Assembly (NCBI GenBank): GCA_021818475.1
Contig: JAKADZ010000004.1
Coordinates: 1 to 60,310 of the forward strand
Direction of reading: 5' to 3'
From: Nanobdellota archaeon
GTDB taxonomy: Archaea; Nanobdellota; Nanobdellia; Pacearchaeales; GW2011-AR1
Length of the DNA: 60,310 bases
Within the stretch, counting starts at the first letter, position 1. Every line of letters begins with the position of its first letter. Made by a program: the position numbers and the translations under genes. The notes under the pieces are model-generated. The model saw only the letters and a list, made by a program, of their open reading frames with translations. It was not told where the DNA came from and did no database searches. This document shows, one piece after another, positions 8,647 through 19,573 of the stretch.

Positions 8647-9072
8647 CTACTCTTTCTTTTCCTGGAGATTTTCTTTTGACAAAGAAGGCAAAGGAATGTG
8701 AGAAGGAAGACCCAATTCTTCTTCCATTTCAAGGGCTTTTATATTTGCTTTTCTTAAAATGACATTAAAAAGGAATATCCTAAAATCTTCAATAATTTGC
8801 TTATCTTTCCACCCTTTTAGAACTTCTCGTGCAATTCTTGGCTCAACAGAGAGAATAATTGTTCCTGCAAGCTCTAATTTAGCAAAATCAGGGTCATAAT
8901 TAACAGAATAAACAAAATTAATCTTCAAAGCTTCGTCTTTAACTTTAATAAAATCGGATTTTAAGGATTCTATAGAAGAAATGTCTATTTTAGTATTAAA
9001 TTTTAAGTTATCTACACTATCCTTTAGTCTTTCTATGTTTAATTTAGTAAAATTAAAAGCAATTAGTCTCAT
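8647..9072 (-). CDS. conserved hypothetical protein
   Basis: 141-aa alpha/beta ORF ending LGLPSHIPLP; co-oriented with neighbours. Confidence 0.75.
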   Translation of the reverse strand: MRLIAFNFTKLNIERLKDSVDNLKFNTKIDISSIESLKSDFIKVKDEALKINFVYSVNYDPDFAKLELAGTIILSVEPRIAREVLKGWKDKQIIEDFRIFLFNVILRKANIKALEMEEELGLPSHIPLPSLSKENLQEKKE

Positions 9073-9151
9073 TTAATTTAAATAAAAGAAGTGTTTTTAA
9101 ATATTTATATTTTTTATAATAGAATTTGATAATAATTGATAAAGATTAGAT

Positions 9152-9412
9152 TTAAATTAAATCTTCTTCAGAAACAATAACAAAGTCACCTATAGCAATT
9201 ATAGAGTTGTAGGGAATCAGAAGTTCGCTGGCATTTGTTCTTTCTAAATTAAGGTTTCTTGTATAAGGAGTAGCATCTTTAACCACTAAATTGATTAATT
9301 CGCCCGATTTTGTTTCAAATGAGATATCTTTAACAAAACCCAATCTTTTACCTTCTTTTGTCACAATCATCTTTCCTATAAGAGAAGTGTATGTGTTTTT
9401 ATTTCCTTGCAT
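9152..9412 (-). CDS. PRC-barrel domain protein
   Basis: SLIGKMIVTKEGKRLGFVKDI...IPYNSIIAIGDFVIV. Confidence 0.88.
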   Translation of the reverse strand: MQGNKNTYTSLIGKMIVTKEGKRLGFVKDISFETKSGELINLVVKDATPYTRNLNLERTNASELLIPYNSIIAIGDFVIVSEEDLI

Positions 9413-9582
9413 ATCAAAATGATATTGAAATAATTTATAAACTTTTCTGTAAAATTAAATAGATTTATTAGTATATAAATAAAAAAACTTTTTTGAAGAA
9501 ATTTTTATAATTTAAATGAAAATAACTGGTTTTATTGATCTTTTTATAAAATTAATAATAAAAAATTAAGTTATTATTAGTA

Positions 9583-9950
9583 CCCTCCCTCCCCATGATT
9601 TCGATTGGAAATATTTATAAAAGAATTTTATTGTTTTGTTTGTTTTTCTTTATATTATAAAATTATATATTATATATTATATATATTATAAATAAAAATT
9701 AATAAATAATAAAAATTAATTCAATAAATTAAGAAAAATAATATTTTAAGATATCTAATACAATAAAATAAATTAAAATAAAAATTTAAGTATAATTTGT
9801 CAGTTAATTGTTAAAATTGTTCTTTTCCACTTGAAATATAGGTGTTTTTCTTTTTTAGTAGTTATAATCCTTTATATAATTATAATTAATAATTCTCATC
9901 GGAGATAAACTCTACTACAATAGTTTCCATAGGAAATTGTAGTGTGGGGG
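9583..9950. other. replication origin oriC (ORBs flanking an AT-rich DUE)
   Basis: ORB 9591-9611 (minus, with G-string), ORB 9824-9844 and ORB-like 9924-9950 (plus); about 200 bp nearly pure A/T between; directly upstream of cdc6. Confidence 0.88.
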
Positions 9951-9954
9951 TGGA

Positions 9955-11166
9955 ATGGGAAATAATGAATTAGATAAAATATTTGAAGCTTTTGATAATA
10001 ATAGCATTTTTAATAATAAATCAATATTACAAAATAATTATCAACCAGAAGATATTCCTCATAGAAGCAAACAGATTAAACAAATCGCTTCAATTTTAGC
10101 TCCTGTTTTAAGAGGAGAAAGAACCAGTAATCTCTTCCTTTATGGCAAGACAGGAACAGGGAAGACTCTTTCTATTCAGTATGTTAAAGAAGAATTACTT
10201 AAAAGAGAAAAAAAAGATGCAGATTTTAAATTAAAAATAGAATACCTTAACTGCAAACTCAAAAAAGTTTCTGATACAGAATATAGAATCCTTGCCGAAT
10301 TAATCAAAAAGTTTGGAGGAGAAATTCCCTCAACAGGACTTCCGACTCAGGCAGTTTATGATAAATTTATTGATACTATAGATTCAGAAAAACAATTGAT
10401 TGTTCTTATTTTGGATGAGATAGATCAAACTACTAAAAAGATTTCCAATGATTTCCTTTATAATTTAACCAGACTTAATCCTGAACTTTCAAAATCTCAA
10501 ATTTGCATTGTTGGCATAAGCAATAATCTTACTTTTCTTGATGAACTCGATCCAAGAGTCAAAAGTTCTCTTTCAGAGGAAGAGATTGTTTTTCCTCCTT
10601 ATAATGCAATACAGCTTCAGGAAATTCTGACAAAAAGAGCAAAAGATGCATTTAAAGAAGAGGTTATTGAAGAAGGAGTCATAGCTAAATGTGCTGCTTT
10701 GGCTGCAAGAGAACATGGTGATGCAAGAAGAGCTTTGGATTTACTAAGAATTGCAGGTGAATTGGCAGAAAGAGATAATTCAAATAAAATTTATTTAAAA
10801 TATATAGATGAAGCTAATGAAAAAATAGAAAGAGATAAAATTTTGGATGTAATCCGTTCAGAACCAAAACAATTTCAGGTTGTTTTAAACTCTATCATTC
10901 AACTTTCAGAAAAAGAGCCCGAAGGGCATTTATTTACCGGGGAAGTTTACAGTTTTTACCGGGATTCATGTGTTAAAAATAAATTAGAAATTCTTACTCA
11001 AAGAAGAGTCAGTGATATCATTCAGGAATTTGATATGCTGGGGATTATAACTGTTAATGTTATTTCAAAAGGAAGAGGAGGAAGAATGAGAGAAATTAAA
11101 CTGGCTATTTCAAAAGATATCACCGAAAAGGCGAAAGAGATTATTTTAGATTCATTGTATAATTAA
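9955..11166 (+). CDS. cdc6: Orc1/Cdc6 replication initiator
   Basis: Walker A GKTGTGKT, Walker B LDEID, HGDARRALDLLR, wHTH SKGRGGR. Confidence 0.97.
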   Translation: MGNNELDKIFEAFDNNSIFNNKSILQNNYQPEDIPHRSKQIKQIASILAPVLRGERTSNLFLYGKTGTGKTLSIQYVKEELLKREKKDADFKLKIEYLNCKLKKVSDTEYRILAELIKKFGGEIPSTGLPTQAVYDKFIDTIDSEKQLIVLILDEIDQTTKKISNDFLYNLTRLNPELSKSQICIVGISNNLTFLDELDPRVKSSLSEEEIVFPPYNAIQLQEILTKRAKDAFKEEVIEEGVIAKCAALAAREHGDARRALDLLRIAGELAERDNSNKIYLKYIDEANEKIERDKILDVIRSEPKQFQVVLNSIIQLSEKEPEGHLFTGEVYSFYRDSCVKNKLEILTQRRVSDIIQEFDMLGIITVNVISKGRGGRMREIKLAISKDITEKAKEIILDSLYN

Positions 11167-11181
11167 TCATCAACTGTTAAA

Positions 11182-12741
11182 ATGAACAACGAAATTTTAC
11201 AATTTTGCATGCAAAAAGGATTTCTTTTGGATAAAGAAGTTTTGACAATGTTTAATGAATCTACTGATATAGAATTAATTAAACTTATTATAGAAAAAAT
11301 TAAAGATTCAACTAACCAGAGAATAATCACTAAAAGTTTATTCAGCCAGAATCGTGAGAAGGTCAGCCAAATCCTTTCTATGCTCCCAAAAGAAAATCAA
11401 CAAAATCTTGAGAAATTAAAAATAAAACTTGGATTAAGCATTGAAATTTCACAGGAGTTTTCCCAAAAGAAAGAAGAAGTTAATTCTGATAAAGAATATG
11501 AAAAAGTAAAAATTATTTCTTCCCCTGCCCCTATAGCAAGAAAAAAATTAGACGTAAGTGATTTTACAAAATATTTCAGAAATCGTTTTTTGGAAATCCG
11601 GAAAATTTTACAGGAAAATCCAACATTAAAAAATCTGGTTTCAATAAATAAAATTTCCGGCGGGAAAGAAGGTGTTTCGGTGATAGGGATAGTCTCTGAA
11701 AAAACTATTACTAAAAACAGAAATATGCTTTTGGAAGTGGAAGATTTAACAGGAAAGATAAGGATACTAATCAGTCAAAGTAACCAGAAACTTTATGAAA
11801 AAGCAGAAGAAATTTGTTTAGATTCTGTTTTGGGTTTTAGTGGATTTGGAAACAGGGAAATTATTTTTGTGAATGAAATTGTTTTTCCGGAATCTATCCT
11901 GCAGGAAAGAAAAAAATCTCCATTAGAAGAATATGCTTTATTTTTAGGAGACCTTCATTTTGGAAGTAAACTTTTCTTAAGGGAAAAATTTCTGAAATTT
12001 ATTGACTATCTAAACGGAAAAGTCCCAAATACCCCTGAAGTTGAAAAAATAAAATATCTTTTTCTTGTAGGAGATATAATCGCGGGAGTTGGAACTTATC
12101 CGACTCAGGAAAGAGATTTGGAAATAAAAGATATTGAAGAACAATTTATCGGTCTTTCACAATTACTTTCTAGGATAAGGCCGGATATTCAGATAATTAT
12201 TTCCCCGGGAAATCACGACGGAGTCAGATTAATGGAACCTCAGCCAATTTTAAGTGAAAGATATGCATGGAGCATTCACAATCTGAAAAATGTTTTACTT
12301 ACCGGAAATCCTGCTTATGTGAATATAGGGAGTACAAATAATTTTTCCGGATTTGATATTTTAACTTATCATGGATTTTCTTATCCTTATTACGCCAATA
12401 CTATTCCACGATTAATCCGGGAAGATGCATTAAACTCTCCTGATAAAATTATGGCTTATCTTTTAAAAAATCGGCATCTTGCACCTGCTCATTCTTCTGT
12501 TCAGTATTTCCCTTCTGAAGAAGATTTTATGGTAATAAAAAAAATCCCCGATATTTTTGTTTCAGGGCATATTCATAAAAATGCAGTTTCTTATTACAAT
12601 AATACTTTAATAGTATCCGTATCCTCCTGGGAAAGCAAGACTCCCTATCAGGAAAAAATGGGAAATGACCCTGACTTTTGCAAGGTTCCTATGTTTAACC
12701 TGAAAACGAGAGCGCTTAAAATTTTGGACTTTGAAGAATAA
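11182..12741 (+). CDS. polD1: DNA polymerase D small (proofreading) subunit DP1
   Basis: OB fold plus metallophosphoesterase motifs GDLH, GD, PGNHD, HG, GHIH; cdc6-DP1-DP2 context. Confidence 0.93.
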   Translation: MNNEILQFCMQKGFLLDKEVLTMFNESTDIELIKLIIEKIKDSTNQRIITKSLFSQNREKVSQILSMLPKENQQNLEKLKIKLGLSIEISQEFSQKKEEVNSDKEYEKVKIISSPAPIARKKLDVSDFTKYFRNRFLEIRKILQENPTLKNLVSINKISGGKEGVSVIGIVSEKTITKNRNMLLEVEDLTGKIRILISQSNQKLYEKAEEICLDSVLGFSGFGNREIIFVNEIVFPESILQERKKSPLEEYALFLGDLHFGSKLFLREKFLKFIDYLNGKVPNTPEVEKIKYLFLVGDIIAGVGTYPTQERDLEIKDIEEQFIGLSQLLSRIRPDIQIIISPGNHDGVRLMEPQPILSERYAWSIHNLKNVLLTGNPAYVNIGSTNNFSGFDILTYHGFSYPYYANTIPRLIREDALNSPDKIMAYLLKNRHLAPAHSSVQYFPSEEDFMVIKKIPDIFVSGHIHKNAVSYYNNTLIVSVSSWESKTPYQEKMGNDPDFCKVPMFNLKTRALKILDFEE

Positions 12742-12758
12742 AAGATTGGAGGAATAAG

Positions 12759-13367
12759 ATGAACAAAAAAATAGCAGTAGATCTTGATGACGTTTCATTT
12801 AATTTTATGGATCCTTTTTTGTCTTATTACAACTTTCTTTCAGGAACTTTTTTCAGAAGAAAAGATATGTTCTCTTACAGATTAGAAGATGTTTTTAAAG
12901 AGCCAACAGAATATGTGGAAGAAAAATTACGCCAATTTTATAATTCTCCTTTTTTTAGAAATCTTCCCCCTCTGCCAGGGGCTAGATCTGCATTTAAATT
13001 TCTAAAAGAAACAGGACATGAGATTATCATTGTTACTTCCCGTTTTGATGAATATCATCAGATAACTGATGCTTCATTGAAAGAAAATTTTTTTGGGAGA
13101 TATTCTAATATTTTCTATTCTTCCAGCCGTTATAACCCCCGAGGGAAATCGAAAGCACAAATCTGCAAAGAGCAGGGTGCTTCAGTCCTCGTAGAAGATT
13201 GCCTGAAATATGCCCTTGAATGTGATTCTAAGGGAATTCCTGTTTTTTTGATGGATAATCCATGGAATCAGGGAATTTTAAATGGAACTTTAATAACCCG
13301 GGTAAGAAGTTGGAAAGAGGTTTTAAAAAATCTTGAATCCAAAACAATAGAACCTGCTTGTAATTAA
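12759..13367 (+). CDS. HAD-family 5'(3')-deoxyribonucleotidase-like protein
   Basis: AVDLDDV motif I, IVTSR, K, VED, PWN; GGAGG upstream. Confidence 0.85.
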   Translation: MNKKIAVDLDDVSFNFMDPFLSYYNFLSGTFFRRKDMFSYRLEDVFKEPTEYVEEKLRQFYNSPFFRNLPPLPGARSAFKFLKETGHEIIIVTSRFDEYHQITDASLKENFFGRYSNIFYSSSRYNPRGKSKAQICKEQGASVLVEDCLKYALECDSKGIPVFLMDNPWNQGILNGTLITRVRSWKEVLKNLESKTIEPACN

Positions 13368-13387
13368 AACTTAAATTTTAATAGAGG

Positions 13388-16300
13388 ATGGAAACACAAA
13401 AATATTTTTCAGATTTAGAAAAAGATGTTAAAAAGATTTATTCCTGGGCAAATGAAGCGAGAGCTAAAAATTTAGATCCTGTTAATAAAGTTGAAATTCC
13501 TCTCGCAAGAAGTCTTGCTGAAAAAGTTGTTGGTTTGATTTCTACAATATATCCTCAGATGGAAGGGACAAATATTGCCCCAAGAATTATTGAATTAGAA
13601 AAAGAATATGGAAAATTAAGCATGGCAGTTTCTTTTAAAATTGCAGAAGAAGTTGCCAAACAGAAATTTTGCAAGTTTGCTTCTCTTCTTGAGGCAATTG
13701 ATGCCGGAATCAGGATTGGTTTTTCTTATACTACTTTAGGGGTTGTATCAAGCCCGATTGAAGGTTTTACCGGATTAAAGTTGGGGAAGACAAGAGATAA
13801 TAAAGAATACTTCATCGCATATTTCTCCGGACCGATAAGAAGTGCAGGAACCACTGCCAGTTGTGTTGTTTTAATGCTTATTGATTATTTAAGAGAATTG
13901 TTTGGTTATGCGAAATACGACCCAGACGAGAATGAGGTCAAAAGATATGTGACTGAAAATTTTGATTATCATGAATACGTTACAAATCTGCAATACCTTC
14001 CAACTGAACAGGAAGCAACTTTCCTTGCTCAAAATCTTCCTATTCAGGTAGCAGGGGAACCAACAGAAAAAATAGAAGTCTCAAATTACAAAAATCTGCC
14101 AAGGGTCGATACTAATTTAATAAGGGGAGGAATGTGCCTGATTTTTTCAGAGGGACTGGCACAAAAAGGAAAGAAAGGACTTAGACTTTTAAAAGAGACA
14201 CAGAATAAAGGTTTCCAGGCAACAGGATTTAATTTTTTAGAAGAATATGTCAAACTTCATGAAAAAAGGGATACCGGAAAAACTGTTGATTCTCCGACGT
14301 ATATTCAGGATTTAGTAGCAGGAAGACCTGTTTTTGGTCATCCTTCAAGATCTGGGGCCTTCAGATTCAGATATGGTAGAGGGAGGGTTTCAGGATTTAG
14401 TGCAACTTCTATGCATCCCGCAACAATGGGAATTTCGGATTCTTTTATCGCAATCGGCACCCAGTTAAAAATTGAAAAACCAACAAAAGGCTGCGTTGTG
14501 ACTTCCTGCGATAGTATCGACGGTCCTGTTGTAAAATTATTTAATGGGAGCGTAAGGAAATTAAAATCAAAAGAAGAAGCAAAAAAAATTTATCCCGACG
14601 TGGAAGAAATAATTTATTTTGGAGACATTCTTTTTCCATTTAGCGACGTTGCAAACAGAAATTCTGCTTTAATCAAACCCGGTTATGTTGAAGAATGGTG
14701 GAAGCTTGAGCTGAAAGAAAAATATCCTGATCTTGAAAAAGAAATAAACTGTTTTAATATCTCTTTTGACCGGGCAGTTGAACTCAGCAGGATTTTTAAG
14801 ATTCCTCTTCATCCTGCTTACATTTTTTACTGGACACAAATTTCAAAAGAACAATTTTTTGAATTAATAAAGTGGTTGAAAAATTCTAAATGGAACGAAA
14901 AAATTATTTTCCCTTATAATAAATCAGATCAGGAGAAATTTAAAAATGCAAAAAGAGCACTTGAACTTTTGGGAATTGAGCATGAGGTAACCATTGAAAA
15001 TGTTGTTCTAAACGAAATAAACAGCAGGGCTTTATTGATTAATCTGGGTGTTGATTTTTCTTCTATTAAAAACGATGAACTTTTAGTAAATTTTGTTGAT
15101 GAACCAAAATTTAATCCTGATTCTTTCTTAGAATCATTGGGAGAAGAAAAAGACCAGATAAAAGAGGGAGAGTTAATCCTAAAAATTATTAATTCTGTTT
15201 CTGAATTTACCATTAAAGATAAAGCGGGGGAATTTCTCGGGGCAAGAATGGGCAGACCTGAAAAAGCAAAATTAAGAAAATTGATTGGCAGCCCAAATGT
15301 TTTATTCCCCATTGGAAATGAAGGAGGGCGATTAAGAAGTGTCCAGGCGGCATATGAGGCCGGAAAAATAAGAAGCACTTTCCCTATAAATTATTGTGAA
15401 AACTGCAAAAAAGAAACTATTTACTCCACCTGTGAAGACTGCGGGGCAATATGTAAAAAACTTTTTTATTGCAGAGAATGTGATAAAACTTCTCATCAAC
15501 CATGTATGGAACATTCTAATGTTTCTTATTCCACTTTCAATCTGGATATAAAACATTATTTTGATAAAGCGGTCCAGATTTTGGGTATGGAGAAATCTGA
15601 AATTCCCCCTCTAATTAAAGGGATAAGGGGCACTTCTTCTGAAGGGCATAATCTTGAAAATTTAGCAAAAGGAATTGCACGAGCAAAATATAATTTGCAA
15701 GTTAACAAAGACGGGACAATACGATTTGATGCAACTGAACTTCCAATTATTTCATTTAAACCAAAAGAAATTTTTGTAAGCGTTGAGAAAATAAAATCCC
15801 TCGGTTATGACAAAGATATTTATGGAAAAGATTTGGTTGATGAAAATCAAATTGTTGAATTGATGCCTCATGATGTGATTTTACCCTGCTCCCCCGAATC
15901 CACCGATGAAAAAGCAGATGATGTTTTTGTCCGAGTTTCTCAGTTTGTGGATTTTCTTCTGGAAAAATTTTATCATCAAAAATCTTTTTACAATGTCAAA
16001 AAACGAGAAGATATTGTTGGGCAGATTGGAGTTTGCATGGCCCCTCACAATTGTGCGGGAGTAATATGCAGGTTTATAGGATTTTCAAATACTCTCGGAC
16101 TTTTAGCAAGTCCATACATGCATGCCGCAATAAGAAGGGATTGTGATGGTGATGAAGCGGCAGTTATGCTTTTGGGCGATGTTTTGCTTAATTTTTCCAG
16201 GAAATTTTTACCCGGACATCGTGGAGGAACTCAGGATGCTCCTCTGGTTTTAAACGGCAAAATTGATGCAGGGGAAGTTGATGACCAGATTTTGGATTTA

Positions 16301-16894
16301 GAATTAACCTATGAATACCCTCTTGAACTTTATCAATTTGCTGAACAGAAAAAACATTCTTCTGAAATAAAATCAATTCCTAATGTCAGATTATTTTTGA
16401 AAGAAGGCAGAGATCCCTTTGTTGGGATTGGGCACACTCATGACACTACTAATTTTAACGACGGAGTTTTATGTTCTTCTTATAAATCCCTAGAAACAAT
16501 GCAGGATAAAGTTGATCATCAGATGAATTTAGTTGAAAAAATCAGAGCGGTTGATACTGCTGATGCTGCAAAATTGATAATTGACAGACATTTCCTCAAA
16601 GATTTAAAAGGTAATCTGAGAAAATTTTCAATGCAGGGATTTAGATGTGTTTCCTGCAATGAAATTATGAGACGCCCTCCATTAACAGGAGTTTGCAACA
16701 AATGCGGAGGAAAAATTATTTTTACTGTTAACGAAGGGGGAATAAAGAAATATCTTGAACCTGCTTTAATTTTAGCTGAGAGATATAATCTTTCCACTTA
16801 CCTGAAACAAAACCTTCAAATTTTAAAAGATAATATTGACAGTATTTTTGGAAAAGAATTAGAGAAGCAAGAATCAATTAATAAATGGTTTTGA
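13388..16894 (+). CDS. polD2: DNA polymerase D large subunit DP2
   Basis: FSGPIRSAG, RFRYGRGR, RMGRPEKA, catalytic RRDCDGDE, Zn fingers; no intein. Confidence 0.97.
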   Translation: METQKYFSDLEKDVKKIYSWANEARAKNLDPVNKVEIPLARSLAEKVVGLISTIYPQMEGTNIAPRIIELEKEYGKLSMAVSFKIAEEVAKQKFCKFASLLEAIDAGIRIGFSYTTLGVVSSPIEGFTGLKLGKTRDNKEYFIAYFSGPIRSAGTTASCVVLMLIDYLRELFGYAKYDPDENEVKRYVTENFDYHEYVTNLQYLPTEQEATFLAQNLPIQVAGEPTEKIEVSNYKNLPRVDTNLIRGGMCLIFSEGLAQKGKKGLRLLKETQNKGFQATGFNFLEEYVKLHEKRDTGKTVDSPTYIQDLVAGRPVFGHPSRSGAFRFRYGRGRVSGFSATSMHPATMGISDSFIAIGTQLKIEKPTKGCVVTSCDSIDGPVVKLFNGSVRKLKSKEEAKKIYPDVEEIIYFGDILFPFSDVANRNSALIKPGYVEEWWKLELKEKYPDLEKEINCFNISFDRAVELSRIFKIPLHPAYIFYWTQISKEQFFELIKWLKNSKWNEKIIFPYNKSDQEKFKNAKRALELLGIEHEVTIENVVLNEINSRALLINLGVDFSSIKNDELLVNFVDEPKFNPDSFLESLGEEKDQIKEGELILKIINSVSEFTIKDKAGEFLGARMGRPEKAKLRKLIGSPNVLFPIGNEGGRLRSVQAAYEAGKIRSTFPINYCENCKKETIYSTCEDCGAICKKLFYCRECDKTSHQPCMEHSNVSYSTFNLDIKHYFDKAVQILGMEKSEIPPLIKGIRGTSSEGHNLENLAKGIARAKYNLQVNKDGTIRFDATELPIISFKPKEIFVSVEKIKSLGYDKDIYGKDLVDENQIVELMPHDVILPCSPESTDEKADDVFVRVSQFVDFLLEKFYHQKSFYNVKKREDIVGQIGVCMAPHNCAGVICRFIGFSNTLGLLASPYMHAAIRRDCDGDEAAVMLLGDVLLNFSRKFLPGHRGGTQDAPLVLNGKIDAGEVDDQILDLELTYEYPLELYQFAEQKKHSSEIKSIPNVRLFLKEGRDPFVGIGHTHDTTNFNDGVLCSSYKSLETMQDKVDHQMNLVEKIRAVDTADAAKLIIDRHFLKDLKGNLRKFSMQGFRCVSCNEIMRRPPLTGVCNKCGGKIIFTVNEGGIKKYLEPALILAERYNLSTYLKQNLQILKDNIDSIFGKELEKQESINKWF

Positions 16895-16994
16895 TTCTTG
16901 GATTATACTCGCTAACGCTCGCATAAAGCAAAACAGGAAATTTTGTATTATGTTCATTTCATTCACATAAAGCAAAAAGCTTTTAATGAATTTT

Positions 16995-17975
16995 CTAATA
17001 CTTAGTTAATTCCTCTTTTTTCATTTGTTTTTCTATCATTTCCGTAATTTTCCAGTTCTCAATTGCCTGTTTTATTTTTGGAAAATTTTTTTCCTTTCTT
17101 CTGAAAAAGTCCTTAAATACCTGTTCATAAGAATTTTCCTCTTTTAATTCTATTTTTTTACGGTCAATCTGAATATAACTTTCTTTATCCTCAAATTTTT
17201 TTCCTGTTTCAAATTCTATCTCTTTGTTTTCGATAATTAATCTTATCTTAACATAAGTTTCCGTGTTGCTTTTTTTACCCAACTCTTTTTCATAATCTTT
17301 ATACCTTTTTCTGATAATTTCTTTTAACTCTATTCTTTCTTTTTTTATTCCCGGAAATATTTTAAAAAGAATATTAAGAAAATGGCTTTGAACCATATCT
17401 TTGAGAGCCCCTATTTCATCATAATAACCTGCTCTTCCTTCCAGTCCTACTTTTTCCAAACTAACAATTTTTAATTTTTTGAATTTTTTTGGTTTTAATC
17501 GGATTATTCCTTTTTTGAAAAGATAGTGATCTGATAATAAAACCTCTTTTTTTAGATTATTTTTTATAATAAACTTCTCTAAATTTTTTGCATCTTCTAA
17601 ATTTTCCCCAAAAGGTTTTTCGATTAAGATTTTCACTTTGAATCCTTTTTCTTTTATTGCAATTATCTGAGTTAAGGCATTCCTTATCATTTTTGGAGGG
17701 AGAGAAATATAAAAAAAATTTGTCTTTTTCCTATCTAATAAATCATCACATGTTTCGCACTTTTGCCGTTCTAAACTGTTTTCATAATAATTTATTCTTT
17801 CCTTAAAATTGCTGCTGCATTTTCCTTCGCAAACAATCTCCTGATATTCTTTATTCTCCAGATTTTTTCTGCCTAATGCAAAAATTTGAACTTTGATATT
17901 TATTTTTTGCAATGCGGGAATTACTTTTCTCTTTACCAAATCTCCAGTTGATCCATAAATAAAAAGTGTTTTCAT
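16995..17975 (-). CDS. zwf: compact glucose-6-phosphate 1-dehydrogenase
   Basis: GSTGDLVKRK, IEKPFG, DHYLFK, GYYDEIGALKDMVQSH; only 326 aa. Confidence 0.85.
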   Translation of the reverse strand: MKTLFIYGSTGDLVKRKVIPALQKINIKVQIFALGRKNLENKEYQEIVCEGKCSSNFKERINYYENSLERQKCETCDDLLDRKKTNFFYISLPPKMIRNALTQIIAIKEKGFKVKILIEKPFGENLEDAKNLEKFIIKNNLKKEVLLSDHYLFKKGIIRLKPKKFKKLKIVSLEKVGLEGRAGYYDEIGALKDMVQSHFLNILFKIFPGIKKERIELKEIIRKRYKDYEKELGKKSNTETYVKIRLIIENKEIEFETGKKFEDKESYIQIDRKKIELKEENSYEQVFKDFFRRKEKNFPKIKQAIENWKITEMIEKQMKKEELTKY

Positions 17976-17992
17976 CTTAGATTAAAATATAT

Positions 17993-18340
17993 TTACCACT
18001 TATCAAATTCAGATTCTACTTTTTTTACCCAATTATCGACGATTTCCATCACCTTATTTTTTATTACTTTTTTGCTGTTTGTTCTATAAATGTAAACATA
18101 TCCTCCATTTTGCAAATTTCTCTGGCTTCTTGTGATTATCCCTTTTTCAAATAATTTTTTTAATGCCCTCTGAACTGTTGAAATTTCCAGGTTTATCTCT
18201 TTCGAGATTTTGTTACTGGAGAAAAATTCATTTTTCCTAATCAAGAAATTCATTACTTCAAAATCTGCTTTTGTCAAAGAGAGCCCGCATTTTATCACTT
18301 CCTGCAATTTGAATGCTTTGCATGCAAAATCTATGGACAT
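17993..18340 (-). CDS. HTH transcription regulator (TrmB/ArsR-like)
   Basis: ISKEINLEISTVQRALKKL...GGYVYIY; two N-terminal Cys. Confidence 0.85.
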   Translation of the reverse strand: MSIDFACKAFKLQEVIKCGLSLTKADFEVMNFLIRKNEFFSSNKISKEINLEISTVQRALKKLFEKGIITRSQRNLQNGGYVYIYRTNSKKVIKNKVMEIVDNWVKKVESEFDKW

Positions 18341-19242
18341 TAATCCCCTCCTTTAATCGATTTATATGAATTGTAAGCTGCAATGGCTCCTCCTGCACTT
18401 GCAGTAACTATCTGTTTTAATTCATTGTTTGTAATATCTCCTGCAGCATAAAATCCCTGAACATTTGTTTCCTGATTTTCATTTACAAGAATATATCCTC
18501 TGTTTTCAGTCCTTATTTTTAAAGAGTTTAACAAATCTAATTTTGGAACAGAACCTATTTCCACAAATACTCCGTCGACTTTTATTTTTTTTCCTGAACT
18601 TAATTTTATTTCTTCAACTTTTACTTCTCCCATTATCTCTTTTATTTCTTCTTCAAATAAAACTTTTATTTTTTTCTCTTTTCTGACTAAATCAACCCAG
18701 GCGGGTTCTGCTTTAGAAAATTCTTTTTGTCTGTAAATTATGAATACTTTTTCAGCATATTCTGAAAGCAACAATGCTGCAGTCAGAGCTGCGTCACTCC
18801 CCCCTACAACGGAAACAATTTTATTTTTGAAAAAAGCAGCATCACAGGTTGCACAGTAACTGACTCCTCTTCCCAATAATTTTTCTTCTCCAGGAACATT
18901 TAATTTTTTTCTTTCTGTTCCTCCCGCAAAAATTACCTTCTTCGATGAATACTCTTTTGAAGAAGTTTTGATTATGAACTCTTTATTTTTTGTTATTTCC
19001 AGGACAGTTTCATAATTTATTTTCACCCCTAATTTTAATGCCTGATTTGTCATTCTCTCCATCAACTGCATTCCTCCTATTTCTTCGTAAGAGGGAAAAT
19101 TGCAAATTCTATGGGCAGTCGCAGCCAGTCCTCCCATGTCTTTTGAAAGGATTATTACATTAAGCTTGTATCTTGCAGCATAAATTCCTGCAGTCAACCC
19201 TGCTGGTCCTGCCCCAATTATAACTAAATCATATTTTTCCAT
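18340..19242 (-). CDS. trxB: thioredoxin reductase
   Basis: GAGPAG, CATC active site, GGSDAA, AAGD. Confidence 0.95.
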   Translation of the reverse strand: MEKYDLVIIGAGPAGLTAGIYAARYKLNVIILSKDMGGLAATAHRICNFPSYEEIGGMQLMERMTNQALKLGVKINYETVLEITKNKEFIIKTSSKEYSSKKVIFAGGTERKKLNVPGEEKLLGRGVSYCATCDAAFFKNKIVSVVGGSDAALTAALLLSEYAEKVFIIYRQKEFSKAEPAWVDLVRKEKKIKVLFEEEIKEIMGEVKVEEIKLSSGKKIKVDGVFVEIGSVPKLDLLNSLKIRTENRGYILVNENQETNVQGFYAAGDITNNELKQIVTASAGGAIAAYNSYKSIKGGD

Positions 19243-19243
19243 C

Positions 19244-19573
19244 TTATATCTGTTTTAAGATTGAATCTATTTTTTGTTTCAAGACTGCTTCAGGAGCAAA
19301 TCCGACAATTCTGCTGACTTCTCTTCCTTTATGTATTACCACAAGTGAAGGGATTCCTTGAATTCCGAACTGCATTGCAATCTCAGGTTCCGACTCAGTA
19401 TCCACTTTTGCAAATTTCAACTTTCCCGTATACTCTTTGCTAAGCTTTTCAAATACTGGTCCCATCATCTGACAAGGTCCGCACCATTCTGCCCAAAAAT
19501 CAATTATTACGGGAATATCTGAATGCACAATTTCCTTATCAAAGTTTTTTTCCGTTATATGTATTAAACTCAT
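19244..19573 (-). CDS. trxA: thioredoxin
   Basis: DFWAEWCGPC. Confidence 0.97.
   Translation of the reverse strand: MSLIHITEKNFDKEIVHSDIPVIIDFWAEWCGPCQMMGPVFEKLSKEYTGKLKFAKVDTESEPEIAMQFGIQGIPSLVVIHKGREVSRIVGFAPEAVLKQKIDSILKQI

Noticed and set aside
9955-16894. Inteins in Cdc6 or PolD
   Set aside because: Lengths are normal and no splicing or LAGLIDADG motifs were seen
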